Below, one piece after another: positions 9,302 to 18,317 of a DNA stretch of 50,779 bases; position 1 is the first letter of the stretch, and each line of letters starts with the position of its first letter. The notes under the pieces are model-generated. The model was not told where the DNA came from. It made no database searches and saw nothing but the letters and a program-made list of their open reading frames with translations. The translations under genes and the position numbers were made by a program. The DNA is taken from assembly GCA_045106895.1 (NCBI GenBank), contig JBGCFM010000005.1:1-50779 (forward strand), written 5' to 3'. The stretch is from Polyangiales bacterium (lineage in GTDB: Bacteria > Myxococcota_A > Polyangia > Polyangiales > Houyiibacteriaceae).

Positions 9302-9654
9302 GGACACAACCGGCACTCCTCCACCGCTTGCTCGCTCAGACGAAGGTCGAGGTTGTCCGAGCGTCGAAGCGTGTCGATGCACGCATCGGTCTCCCGAACC
9401 CGTGGAGGCGGCTCACAGGTCGCTGGCCAAAACCCAATCGCCGTGCAGCTCTCTTGGGCCGCATCCACGCAGCGTTGAACGTCGTCCTCTTCACCGCGCG
9501 CTTGATTGCGCAGGCAAGCGAATGAACGTGAGCGAAGGCAGAACTCGACAAAGTCCGCGCCCTCATCTGTGATGTCATCCCCGCAGCCGCCGGTATTGCC
9601 TGGCGCTGGCGCGAGGGAGAGCACAGCCAAAAGAAAGAGCCCCGCACGCATCAT
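9298..9654 (-). CDS. Small Cys-rich exported protein or lipoprotein
   Basis: Hydrophobic N-terminus, APAPGNTGG|C, 9 Cys in 118 aa, 4-bp overlaps with both neighbours. Confidence 0.65.
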   Translation of the reverse strand: MMRAGLFLLAVLSLAPAPGNTGGCGDDITDEGADFVEFCLRSRSFACLRNQARGEEDDVQRCVDAAQESCTAIGFWPATCEPPPRVRETDACIDTLRRSDNLDLRLSEQAVEECRLCP

Positions 9655-10526
9655 GGCAGGACCTCAAGTTCGAATTGAAGGCCCACCTCAATGGTGAGCA
9701 AGTGATGTGTGCTTCGCGAACCATCGCGCTCTCGCCCACCGACGAAGACGTCGTAGATCAGCTCGGCGAAGATGCCGACCCCCGAGCGCGCGAAGTACTG
9801 TGCTCCGAACGCGAGTTCGGCACCGAGGGTCGCGGCCGGGGACACAACAATGGGCAAGCCAACCCGGGCCGTCGCAATCCATGCTGGGAGCGGCGAAGCG
9901 TCGAGCCCCATCCGCAACACGTAGCTCGGAACAAGGACCCATTGCCGCAGCGCCAGAGTCCCGCTTGGGTACGCCCCTTCCCGGCTCAGGTTCGTATGGA
10001 TCCCCAACTGAAGTGCGTGACGAAGCCTTCCCTGTCCCGGCAAGACGCCGCCTCCGCGCAGGCTTAGGTAGGCTGGCGCGAGAGTGTTCTGTTGGAACTC
10101 GTCCTGGGCGTTTAGGTGCAGCGCGAGGCCGCTGCCAAAACCGAAATAACCTTTCCAAGGAGAGAGTGGTGCTCTCGGGCTTTGTGGGCTGATCGCCGCC
10201 GACACGCTCTCGCGCTGGAGTGATGGCGGAAGGTCGTCGTTGACCACTTCCGAGCCAGAAGATTCGATTCGCTCGATGCGTGGCGCTTCGTCTGACTCGT
10301 CTTCCTCGTCTGCCTCCAAAACCTCAACCGGGGCGGTGTCGCTCGGCGTCTCGGATTCCACCGAAGGTGCCAGCTCCTCCACGTTGGCAGTCGCGTCTCC
10401 TTCATCGCCGGATGGGACCGCGGCCTCGACCTCGACGGCCGCCTCGACCGCGTCCGGCGCTGGCGTCTGGGCGTAAACGGACCCGGTGACGGCCAGAACG
10501 CAGGCGATGATCCACACGGCACGCAC
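9651..10526 (-). CDS. Secreted protein with acidic/Pro linker and C-terminal beta-barrel-like domain
   Basis: Signal peptide VYA|Q, low-complexity acidic linker, then amphipathic strands ending LTIEVGLQFELEVLP. Confidence 0.6.
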   Translation of the reverse strand: MRAVWIIACVLAVTGSVYAQTPAPDAVEAAVEVEAAVPSGDEGDATANVEELAPSVESETPSDTAPVEVLEADEEDESDEAPRIERIESSGSEVVNDDLPPSLQRESVSAAISPQSPRAPLSPWKGYFGFGSGLALHLNAQDEFQQNTLAPAYLSLRGGGVLPGQGRLRHALQLGIHTNLSREGAYPSGTLALRQWVLVPSYVLRMGLDASPLPAWIATARVGLPIVVSPAATLGAELAFGAQYFARSGVGIFAELIYDVFVGGRERDGSRSTHHLLTIEVGLQFELEVLP

Positions 10527-10627
10527 GCTCTGACGTTAGGCTTCCCATCCCAGGCGGTCAATGTTGGCGACGCCCGGAACCCAGGGTTTCGCCCGCCGTC
10601 GAGAGCCTGACGTGCTATCACCCTTCC

Positions 10628-11227
10628 GTGGGTCGTTTCGTCGTCGGGTTTCTCGTTGCCTCACTAGTTTGGGGCGGAGTTTTTGCAGCCCGTGAAGAAG
10701 GCCTCTTGGACGAGTTCTTCGAGCCCGAAGAACCGATCGTCGTCGCGGAAGCACCCGTCGAGGAAGAGCCGGAGGAAGCCGAACCCGAACCTCGTCGTCG
10801 GCGACGGAGACGTGGTCGTCGAAGGCGCGGCATGGGCAGTAGTATGATGGGCGACGACTATCCCCGTGGGAATTCGACGACCGGCGACGACCTCGGAGAA
10901 GACGACCCGCGCGAGATCTCCGCCGGCGCGTCAGGAGGCGAAGCGCAGCTCTCGTCTGCTCAGATCGAGCGAGTCTTCGACGCGTCGTTCAACGGGATCC
11001 AGCGTTGCCTCGTGCTGGTGCCGGCGAACGCACCGCTTGGCGGTCGACTCACCTTCGGCATGCGGATTGCGGGTTCAGGCCGGGTCACGCGAGTGAATCT
11101 TCGAGGCCCGTCCGCCGTCACTCAAGGCGAGGCAGGTTCCTGCCTTCGGAGAACGGCCCGCGCCCTCTCCTTTCCTTCATTCGACGGGCCGGAGATGCTC
11201 GTCCACTACCCCGTGACGCTTCAATAG
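10628..11227 (+). CDS. Membrane-anchored AgmX/PglI C-terminal (TonB-C-like) domain protein
   Basis: N-terminal TM helix; LSSAQIERVF...IQRC...GRLTFGMRIAGSGRV...SCL...LSFPSFDG...YPVTL with the typical Cys pair. Confidence 0.7.
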   Translation: MGRFVVGFLVASLVWGGVFAAREEGLLDEFFEPEEPIVVAEAPVEEEPEEAEPEPRRRRRRRGRRRRGMGSSMMGDDYPRGNSTTGDDLGEDDPREISAGASGGEAQLSSAQIERVFDASFNGIQRCLVLVPANAPLGGRLTFGMRIAGSGRVTRVNLRGPSAVTQGEAGSCLRRTARALSFPSFDGPEMLVHYPVTLQ

Positions 11228-11231
11228 CCGG

Positions 11232-11723
11232 ATGCACCAACCCCTTCGTTCCGCAGTTCTTGCCCTCTCGCTCGCGGCCTCTTCCGCATGTGGTGGAGCT
11301 CAAACGTCGACGGAAAACACAGAGAGTGGAGTCCGTTCACTCCAGGAATCGCGCGCCCTCGAGGTGATTCGCGAGGCCGCGACGGACTCCGGCGCCTCCG
11401 TGGGCGAAGGTTTCACCGCTGAAGTCAGCGATGGCCCTATCGACGTCGACCTGCGTCTCGGCAGCACGTTCGGGGTGGAATGGGTAAGCGCTCAGGACCG
11501 AGCAAATAGTCCAACACTCCCTGAACCACCCACAGGCGGCCAACTTCGGATCATCGCGGAACCCGGCGGCGCTCAGATTCTGATCCTTGAGTCCTCGTCT
11601 TACCGCTACGACTCGCGGCGCGAGCGCGTCCAGGCAGGAGCCACTAGCGCCGCGGACGTCGAGGCGCGGCTTCGACGGGACCTTCGTGATTTCTTGGTCT
11701 ACGCCGGGCTCAGCGACGGCTGA
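11232..11723 (+). CDS. Lipoprotein of unknown function
   Basis: Signal ending ASSA|CGG; 4 bp after the upstream stop. Confidence 0.6.
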   Translation: MHQPLRSAVLALSLAASSACGGAQTSTENTESGVRSLQESRALEVIREAATDSGASVGEGFTAEVSDGPIDVDLRLGSTFGVEWVSAQDRANSPTLPEPPTGGQLRIIAEPGGAQILILESSSYRYDSRRERVQAGATSAADVEARLRRDLRDFLVYAGLSDG

Positions 11724-11726
11724 GCG

Positions 11727-12518
11727 CTACTCGCCTTTGTAGACGGGGGGTCGCTTGTCGCGAAATGCCGCGAGCGCTTCAAGGCGATCCGTGGACGCCA
11801 AGGTCCGTTCATAGCAGCGACGCTCATGAAGAAGACCCGCGTCGAGGCTTAGGTCACCAGCCCCATCAATGGCTTCAAGCGCGGCGGCCAAGGCGATGGG
11901 TGCAGCGTTCTCAAATGAAGCCCCCAAGCGCAGCGCGCAGTCCAGCGCCGTCTCCCCCTCGCTTGCGACAGCGTTCACGATTCCGAGCTGCAGGGCTTCT
12001 GGTGCTTCGATGCGGCGTGCGAGAAGAATCAGCTCTTTGGCCTTCGCAACACCAACGATGCGGGTCAGACGTTGCGTGCCACCTGCGCCAGGGATGATGG
12101 CGAGGGAGACTTCCGTCAGGCCAATCTTGGTATTGGGAACCATCACACGAAGGTCGCAGGCAAGCGCGACTTCCAGTCCGCCCCCGTACGCGACCCCGTT
12201 CATGGCAGCGATGGTGGGTTTGGGCAGGGCTGCCACCGAGTCGAAAGCGGCTCGATAAAGTCCGAGAAAGTCGCGAACGTCCTCCTCATTCATCCCACGA
12301 CGCTCTTTGAGGTCCGCACCGGCGCAAAACGCACGATCGCCGGCGCCAGTGATCACCACAGCGCGGATACTCGTGTCGCCCGCGGCCTCTCTTGCGAGCT
12401 CCCCAAGCCGGCGCACCGTGGCCCGCGAAAGCGCGTTCATGCGTTCGGGACGGTTGAGAGTCCAAATCGCAAAGGCTCCACGCCGTTCTACGTTGATTCC
12501 GTGTTCTTGCTCGCTCAT
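11727..12518 (-). CDS. liuC: Enoyl-CoA hydratase, LiuC (methylglutaconyl-CoA hydratase)-like
   Basis: RAVVITGAGDRAFCAGADLKER, GGGLEVALACDLR, GLTEVSLAIIPGAGGTQRL and DRLEALAAFRDKRPPVYKGE resemble myxobacterial LiuC. Start taken as ATG 12518. Confidence 0.8.
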   Translation of the reverse strand: MSEQEHGINVERRGAFAIWTLNRPERMNALSRATVRRLGELAREAAGDTSIRAVVITGAGDRAFCAGADLKERRGMNEEDVRDFLGLYRAAFDSVAALPKPTIAAMNGVAYGGGLEVALACDLRVMVPNTKIGLTEVSLAIIPGAGGTQRLTRIVGVAKAKELILLARRIEAPEALQLGIVNAVASEGETALDCALRLGASFENAAPIALAAALEAIDGAGDLSLDAGLLHERRCYERTLASTDRLEALAAFRDKRPPVYKGE

Positions 12519-12557
12519 CTGGCGACCTTCCCTCTCGTCCGGAGGAAGATCAAGCAT

Positions 12558-13370
12558 TCATCGGGACGCGGCGGACTCTCGCTCGGCCTCCGCGCGTAGT
12601 TGACGATATGCATGAAGACGTGCCTCGTATTCCTCGGGCTGCGGCGCAACCTCCGCCGCGCGCAAAAACGCCGCCTCCGCCTCCTCCATTCGCCCTAACT
12701 CGTGAAGAAGGATGCCGCGACCTGCGTGTGCCGCCGCAAACCCTGGGATGTCCCCGCAGAGATCCTCGTAGACCTCCAGCGCTTCGACAAACGCGCCCAC
12801 GTTGATGAGCATCGCAGCGAGGCCGAGTCGCAGACCCAGGTCGCCGGGACTCGCTGCGAGCCCCGCGCGGTAGGTCCGCACCGCAGCGTCCGAATCCCCT
12901 GCGGCGTGGTGCGCGAGGGCCAGCGCTTTGGCGGTCTCCGCATGAGACGGTTCCCGTGCGAAGGCTTCTCCCAGAGGTTCCAGTGCCTCTGCGTGCTGCC
13001 CCCAGCGCAGGAGCCGGGTCCCCAGCACGCGATGTGGGTAGGCGCTGGTCGGCGCAATTTCTACCGCACGCATGTAGCTCTCGAGCGCGCGCTCATAGTT
13101 GCGTTCCAGCTCATGGGTAAAGCCCATTTCGACAATCGGGTGCGGGTCCAAGGGTCGTAGCGACGCCAATCGGGCGAAGGCGCTCCGCGCTTCGGCGGGC
13201 CGATCGGCCATCAGCTCCGCGCGGGCAAGGTCGAGCCATCGACTCGGTTCATCCGGCTCGGCTTCGGCTGCCCGCCGATACCCTTCCGTCGCGCTGTCGA
13301 AGTCGCCTCGGGCCATGGCACGCCGAGCAACACGAACGTCACGGCTGACGCAGGCCGAGAGCAACACCAT
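12558..13370 (-). CDS. TPR-repeat lipoprotein (start uncertain)
   Basis: LLSA|C lipobox and several TPR units (ALESYMRAVEIAP, AHAGRGILLHELGRMEEAEAAFLRAAEVAP). The longer ORF start overlaps a plausible plus-strand gene. Confidence 0.7.
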   Translation of the reverse strand: MVLLSACVSRDVRVARRAMARGDFDSATEGYRRAAEAEPDEPSRWLDLARAELMADRPAEARSAFARLASLRPLDPHPIVEMGFTHELERNYERALESYMRAVEIAPTSAYPHRVLGTRLLRWGQHAEALEPLGEAFAREPSHAETAKALALAHHAAGDSDAAVRTYRAGLAASPGDLGLRLGLAAMLINVGAFVEALEVYEDLCGDIPGFAAAHAGRGILLHELGRMEEAEAAFLRAAEVAPQPEEYEARLHAYRQLRAEAERESAASR

Positions 13371-13394
13371 GAGCAGACTGAGCGCCAGGGAGAC

Positions 13395-13423
13395 TTGACG
13401 ACACCGACATCGCCACCGACCAT
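13395..13423 (+). promoter_or_regulatory. Putative sigma70 promoter for a leaderless transcript
   Basis: TTGACG-17 nt-GACCAT, 7 nt before ATG 13431, with no Shine-Dalgarno. Confidence 0.45.
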
Positions 13424-13430
13424 TCGAGCC

Positions 13431-13724
13431 ATGGAATCTGGAACCCTCAAAAACGCCCTCGCGCGCCTCGTCTCGAAGAACGCGCTTGCCCTTCAGGGAG
13501 ACGAGTACGGGTCGGTAGAAGGACATCGTCTCTCGTTCTACCTCGGTAGGCCGGGTCAGGCGATGGTTCTTGGACCGATCGAGAGCGTCGAGCTCGCCGA
13601 TGACCTTGTCATCCTCACACGCACGTCCGATTCCAGCACCTTGCTCATCGCCTACGATGCTGTTCATGGCGTTGCGTCGACGCCAGTAGAAGCCAAGAGC
13701 GAACGGCGAACGGGCTTTTCCTGA
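13431..13724 (+). CDS. Small hypothetical protein upstream of pilR
   Basis: 97-aa ORF (MESGTLKNALARL...ERRTGFS) with beta-rich pattern and a promoter directly upstream. Confidence 0.6.
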   Translation: MESGTLKNALARLVSKNALALQGDEYGSVEGHRLSFYLGRPGQAMVLGPIESVELADDLVILTRTSDSSTLLIAYDAVHGVASTPVEAKSERRTGFS

Positions 13725-13751
13725 TGGGCGTTGAGCGCGACGAGGTGTCCC

Positions 13752-15131
13752 ATGGGTGAAGAGCACTTGGGGCGTATCTTGGTCGTCGATGATGAGCCTG
13801 CGCTTCGCGAGATGCTCCAGGTTCTACTTCGTCGGGCGGGCTTCGATGCGACGATCGTGAACGGCGTAGAGTCGGCCCGTACGACCTTGGCGTCCTCACC
13901 CGCCTTCGATGCCGTTCTCACGGATCTGCTCATGCCAGACGGAACGGGTATCGACGTTCTCGAGCTGACGAAGCAGAACGATTCGAGCACGCAGGTGGTG
14001 CTTTTCACCGCTCACGCCACGACTGAGCGTGCCGTCGAAGCGATGCGCAAGGGTGCGTACGACTACCTCGAGAAACCCTTCAAGAATACCGTCCTCCTTG
14101 CCACCCTGGAAAAGGCTGTGGAGAAGCGTCGAATCCTCGTGGAGAACGCCGCGCTCCGGGAGAGACTTCAAGGCGGTGGGCGCAGGCTTATTGGAATTTC
14201 CGCTGCCATGGTGCAGCTTCGTGCGTTGATTCAGCGTGCCGCCGCCGCCCGCACGAGCGTGTTGGTGACCGGCGAAAGCGGCACCGGAAAGGAGCTCGTC
14301 GCCCGCGCGCTTCATGACCAAGGTCCACGTTCATCAGGCCCTTTCGTGGTTGTAAACTGTGGAGCGCTTCCCGAGAACTTGATGGAGAGTGAGCTCTTTG
14401 GGCATGAAAAAGGTGCGTTCACAGGTGCCAGCCACGCCAAAGACGGTTTGTTCCGAGCGGCAGACGGCGGCACGCTTTTTCTCGACGAACTCGGTGAGTT
14501 GCCGCTCTCCCTTCAGGTAAAACTCTTGCGGGTACTTCAAGAGCGAAGTGTGCGGCCCGTCGGTGGGTCCAAGGAAGTGCCAACAAACGCCCGGGTTATC
14601 GCCGCCACAAACAGAGACCTGGAAGAAGAGGTCGAAGAGGGGCGTTTCCGCGAGGACCTTTTCTATCGACTCAATGTGATTCGCTTGCCTCTGCCAAGCC
14701 TCCGCGAGCGCCCCGAAGACGTTCGTCCCCTCGCGGAACATCTCCTTGCGAAACACAACGCTCTGCAGGAACGCTCACTGAGCTTTCTTCCAGAAGCACT
14801 CGCGTGGCTCTCTCGCCAGGACTTTCCCGGGAACGTCCGTGAACTTGAAAACCGAATTGAGCGCGCAGTCGCGCTCGCGGTGACAGATTCGATCGACGTC
14901 GAAGACCTCGGCGGCGGCGTGGTGGCGTCCACAGGTGTACCGGGAGTGGCGGTCCCGGACCTCCGCGACGGGTTTGATCTGGACGCGCATCTGGCAGCCA
15001 TCGAGCATGCGATTTTGCTTCAAGCACTCGAGAAGAACGGTGGCGTTCGAAAGCGGGCCGCGAAATTTCTGAAGATGACTTTCCGTAGTTTTCGCTACCG
15101 TTTAGCCAAGTACGACCCGACGCCTGACTGA
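13752..15131 (+). CDS. pilR: Sigma54-dependent response regulator (REC-AAA+-Fis HTH), PilR-like
   Basis: [53 protein letters not shown] and C-terminal [13 protein letters not shown] typical of PilR. Adjacent to pilin genes. Confidence 0.85.
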   Translation: MGEEHLGRILVVDDEPALREMLQVLLRRAGFDATIVNGVESARTTLASSPAFDAVLTDLLMPDGTGIDVLELTKQNDSSTQVVLFTAHATTERAVEAMRKGAYDYLEKPFKNTVLLATLEKAVEKRRILVENAALRERLQGGGRRLIGISAAMVQLRALIQRAAAARTSVLVTGESGTGKELVARALHDQGPRSSGPFVVVNCGALPENLMESELFGHEKGAFTGASHAKDGLFRAADGGTLFLDELGELPLSLQVKLLRVLQERSVRPVGGSKEVPTNARVIAATNRDLEEEVEEGRFREDLFYRLNVIRLPLPSLRERPEDVRPLAEHLLAKHNALQERSLSFLPEALAWLSRQDFPGNVRELENRIERAVALAVTDSIDVEDLGGGVVASTGVPGVAVPDLRDGFDLDAHLAAIEHAILLQALEKNGGVRKRAAKFLKMTFRSFRYRLAKYDPTPD

Positions 15132-15220
15132 AAGACTGTCGACGATTGCCGTTCGTTCCGATAACCTAATAGCTACGCGAGGGCTCATTTCTCCCCTCCC
15201 TCAGCGTCTCGGAGCACCTG

Positions 15221-15778
15221 ATGCGTCAGCCCATCACCGCCAATCCTCGTTCACTCCCGTCCCGACGAGACCGTTCACGTCATGGTTTCTCGCTCATCGA
15301 GTTGATGATCACCGTGGCTATCATCGGTGTCCTCGCGGCAATCGCGGTCCCTAGTTTTCAAGGATATCTTCAGCGCTCACGGACCACCGAAGCGACGACC
15401 TTCTTGGCGGACATTCGTCAAAAACAGGAGACCTATCGGGCTGAGTTCGGTGCGTACTGCGCCGTCGACGGACAAGCGATTGGCACATACACGCCGACCG
15501 CCCTTCCCGGACCCGGCCAAGTGCAAACCTGGCCCGTCAACGATGGCAACTGGACTCAACTCGGGGCGCGTCCCGACGGGACCATTCGTTTTCAGTACGC
15601 GACGATTGCCGGCGTCCCCGGTCAGGCGCCGCCTGGCACGAGCAACCTCCCGTCGACGGATTTCTGGTTCGTCGCTGCAGCTCGCGGAGACCTGGACAAC
15701 GATGGGGACTTCTTGGACATGGAAACCTACTCCGGTGCATCACGGGTGTGGGTCAGCGAGGCCAAGGGCTGGGAATAA
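15221..15778 (+). CDS. Type IV pilin (minor or alternative)
   Basis: [23 protein letters not shown] prepilin motif; C-terminal ARGDLDNDG. Confidence 0.85.
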   Translation: MRQPITANPRSLPSRRDRSRHGFSLIELMITVAIIGVLAAIAVPSFQGYLQRSRTTEATTFLADIRQKQETYRAEFGAYCAVDGQAIGTYTPTALPGPGQVQTWPVNDGNWTQLGARPDGTIRFQYATIAGVPGQAPPGTSNLPSTDFWFVAAARGDLDNDGDFLDMETYSGASRVWVSEAKGWE

Positions 15779-15865
15779 GCACCCACGCGAGCTTGCTCGC
15801 CGCGGTCTTTGAGCCTCCATCGCTGCTCGCGATGGAGGTTTTTTCGTTACACCGGCTCATCACCG

Positions 15866-15943
15866 GCCCAAAATCGTCACCTTACACAGATGGGTGACAT
15901 ATTTGGGCTCCCTGCCCCTTCGCCAGTTGACCAAAAACGTCAC
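15866..15943. promoter_or_regulatory. Three copies of a 15-bp motif, candidate PilR enhancer (UAS) sites
   Basis: GCCCAAAATCGTCAC (15866-15880), inverted GTGACATATTTGGGC (15894-15908) and GACCAAAAACGTCAC (15929-15943), 50-130 bp upstream of the sigma54 box. Confidence 0.6.
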
Positions 15944-15993
15944 TTTCAGGGCGTGGGAAAGAAAAGCGTTAGGAAAACCCTAAAATACATCGT

Positions 15994-16009
15994 TGGCCCG
16001 CCGTGTGCA
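15994..16009 (+). promoter_or_regulatory. Sigma54 (-24/-12) promoter of pilA
   Basis: TGGCCCGCCGTGTGCA has exact GG-N10-GC spacing and lies 60 bp upstream of ATG 16070. Confidence 0.75.
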
Positions 16010-16069
16010 TACGTATTGGGCAGACTCCAGCCACTCGTGGGCTCCCAACCTCATAAAGAAAGACCGAAA

Positions 16070-16654
16070 ATGAACATCACCAAACTGATGCGTAAGAAAG
16101 AGGGCTTCACCCTCATTGAACTCATGATCGTTGTTGCCATTATTGGCATCCTGGCGGCCATCGCGATTCCCGCCTTCATCAACTACATCAAGCGCTCGAA
16201 GACGTCTGAGGCAGCAGCAAACCTCAAGTCGATGTTCACCGGCGCCGCGTCGTACTACTCGAACGAGATTCAAGCGGTTCGCGGCATTCAGAACCGTGGC
16301 GACGACGGCATCGCTGTCACTCGCTGCATCGTTGCTTCCGCTCAGACCAGCAACGTGCCTAGCCAGGACAAGACTGTTCTTCTCTGGAGCGGTGAAGCAG
16401 GTCGCCTCACCTTTGAGTCCCTGAACACGATGATCGCGGACCCAATCTACTACCAGTACAATGTCGTCGCCCAGGTGGGTGGTGGTGCATGCGGTGACTC
16501 CTCACCAGCCAATACCCAAATCTACCAGCTTCAGGCGATTGGTGACCTCGACGGCGACGGAACGACGAGCCTCTTCGAGCTCGCCGCTGGTGTTGACGAA
16601 GATGCGCAGCTCTACCGAGCAGCAGGCATCTGGCGCCAGAACGAACTCGAGTAA
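16070..16654 (+). CDS. pilA: Major type IVa pilin
   Basis: [34 protein letters not shown]. It has its own sigma54 promoter and terminator, and many GCT/GGT/GTT codons suggesting high expression. Confidence 0.9.
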   Translation: MNITKLMRKKEGFTLIELMIVVAIIGILAAIAIPAFINYIKRSKTSEAAANLKSMFTGAASYYSNEIQAVRGIQNRGDDGIAVTRCIVASAQTSNVPSQDKTVLLWSGEAGRLTFESLNTMIADPIYYQYNVVAQVGGGACGDSSPANTQIYQLQAIGDLDGDGTTSLFELAAGVDEDAQLYRAAGIWRQNELE

Positions 16655-16679
16655 CCTAGCAGGCTAGTATGAGAGAAGT

Positions 16680-16706
16680 GGGAGGGCGTTGCCCTCCCCT
16701 TTTTTT
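16680..16706 (+). terminator. Intrinsic terminator after the first pilA
   Basis: GGGAGGGC-GTT-GCCCTCCC followed by CTTTTTTT. Confidence 0.85.
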
Positions 16707-16773
16707 GTCCAGCCCACGGATTTGACTACCAGCAGAACATTCCACAATCGTCGTACGTGCAGTTTAGGCTCCC

Positions 16774-17361
16774 ATGAAACTCCTCAGCAAATACCGCAAG
16801 CGCCAGTCAGGATTTACGCTCATCGAATTGATGATCGTTGTGGCCATCATTGGAATCCTCGCGGCCATCGCAATCCCGGCGTTCATCAACTACATCAAGC
16901 GCTCTAAGACATCGGAGGCTGGTTCAAACCTGAAGTCGATGTTCACGGGCGCGGCGGCGTACTACCAGGTCGAACGGCAGACCACTCGTGGCGTGGCGAA
17001 CCGAGGTGACACGAACGTCGTGACCAACCGATGCATCGTGACGACTGCGACGACGAGCAATCCGCCGAGCCAAGACAAGACGGTTCTCCTGTGGAGTTCA
17101 GAGGCTGGGCAGCCTACATTTGAAGCGTTGAACACGATGATCTCGGACGCGATTTATTACCAGTACCGGGTGAACGCGCTTGTGGGTAGCGGGACCTGTG
17201 GAGACTCCTCGCCAGCGAACACCCACATCTATGAGTTTCAAGCAGCCGGCGACCTCGACGGTGACGGCGAGACCAGTCTCTTTGAGCTGTCGGCGGGTGT
17301 CGATGAAGACGCTCAGCTCTACCGGGCTGCCGGCATCTATCGTGAGAACGAACTCGAGTAG
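16774..17361 (+). CDS. Second type IVa pilin, tandem paralogue of pilA
   Basis: [13 protein letters not shown]; 182-aa mature chain colinear with the first PilA, 143/182 identical by manual alignment. Confidence 0.9.
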   Translation: MKLLSKYRKRQSGFTLIELMIVVAIIGILAAIAIPAFINYIKRSKTSEAGSNLKSMFTGAAAYYQVERQTTRGVANRGDTNVVTNRCIVTTATTSNPPSQDKTVLLWSSEAGQPTFEALNTMISDAIYYQYRVNALVGSGTCGDSSPANTHIYEFQAAGDLDGDGETSLFELSAGVDEDAQLYRAAGIYRENELE

Positions 17362-17403
17362 CTTCTTTTCAATGGCTGGATTCGTGCGTTACCCTGCTCG
17401 CCT

Positions 17404-18291
17404 ATGGCGCGCGTAACGCCCGTTCTTGTCATTCTAGCGCTCGTCACGCTGTCGGCTCTCACGCACACCACACGACTGGGCGCGATGAGCGACTTCGTCC
17501 AAGGCCAGCGCTATGAGGACCTCTACTACCTTCCGCCACCTGCGTGGCTGGGGGTCATGAGCTTGGGGCATCGGGAGGCCCTTGCGGACGTGGTCTGGAT
17601 GAAGGGCCTGGTCTACGTCGGCGACGAATTTCGGGAGGAAGGCGGGATGCGGAATGTGTTTCGCTACGCCAACGCCATGATCGTGCTGGACCCTGAGTTT
17701 CGACGCGCTTACGAGTGGACCGGCGTCGCGGGGCTCTATCGTCCCACCGATTCTACCCGCGAAGAAATCGAGACCACGGTTGAGTTTCTTCGGCTAGGGG
17801 TGGACCGCTTTCCCAATGACGGAGAGCTCAAATGGGACCTTGGAACCACGCTCATGTATGAGCTCGCGCGCCATCTCGAGGGCGAGGAAGAAGAAGCGGT
17901 CCGGCGCGAGGCCACAGAACACATGGTCGCCGCTGCTCGTTTGGGAGCGGGTCCACCTTTCTTGGCGCTCTCGAATGCGACACAGCTGCTCCGCCAAGGG
18001 GAGATCGACACGGCGATACGTCATTTGGAAGAGATGTATCCGCTCATCGACAACGAAGAGACCCAAGCCGCGATCCTGAGTGAGCTTGGACGTCTTCGAG
18101 GCGCCGCGGAAGCCGAAGCGGTGCAAGCAGCCAGAGAGAGCTTCGCCAGCGAGTGGATGGCGGCCTACCCATGGATCCCATCCGCGTTGTACGTACACCT
18201 CGGACCACGACCGGTGGTTCCTTTGGGCTATCTGCCGCCAGAGCTGATGCTCGCTCCTGGCCTCACAGAGATGCCCGATGCATTGCCCTAA
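17404..18291 (+). CDS. Pilin-associated membrane-anchored TPR-like protein (PilG/XapA-like)
   Basis: N-terminal TM helix; LGHREALADVVWMKGLVY and LDPEFRRAY motifs; helical repeats; located among pilin genes. Confidence 0.55.
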   Translation: MARVTPVLVILALVTLSALTHTTRLGAMSDFVQGQRYEDLYYLPPPAWLGVMSLGHREALADVVWMKGLVYVGDEFREEGGMRNVFRYANAMIVLDPEFRRAYEWTGVAGLYRPTDSTREEIETTVEFLRLGVDRFPNDGELKWDLGTTLMYELARHLEGEEEEAVRREATEHMVAAARLGAGPPFLALSNATQLLRQGEIDTAIRHLEEMYPLIDNEETQAAILSELGRLRGAAEAEAVQAARESFASEWMAAYPWIPSALYVHLGPRPVVPLGYLPPELMLAPGLTEMPDALP

Positions 18292-18317
18292 AGCGCTTCT
18301 CCTCACATGATGCGGCC

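Noticed and set aside
15154..15181. CGTTCCGATAA resembling a XerC half-site after pilR
   Set aside because: No XerD-like TTATG arm follows at the 6-bp spacing.
15809..16069. 87-aa N-terminal extension of PilA in the ORF track
   Set aside because: This region holds the sigma54 promoter and enhancer boxes; ATG 16070 gives a normal 12-aa leader.
16722..16748. TTGACT...CACAAT as a sigma70 promoter for the second pilin
   Set aside because: The spacer is only 15 bp, too weak to call, though not excluded.
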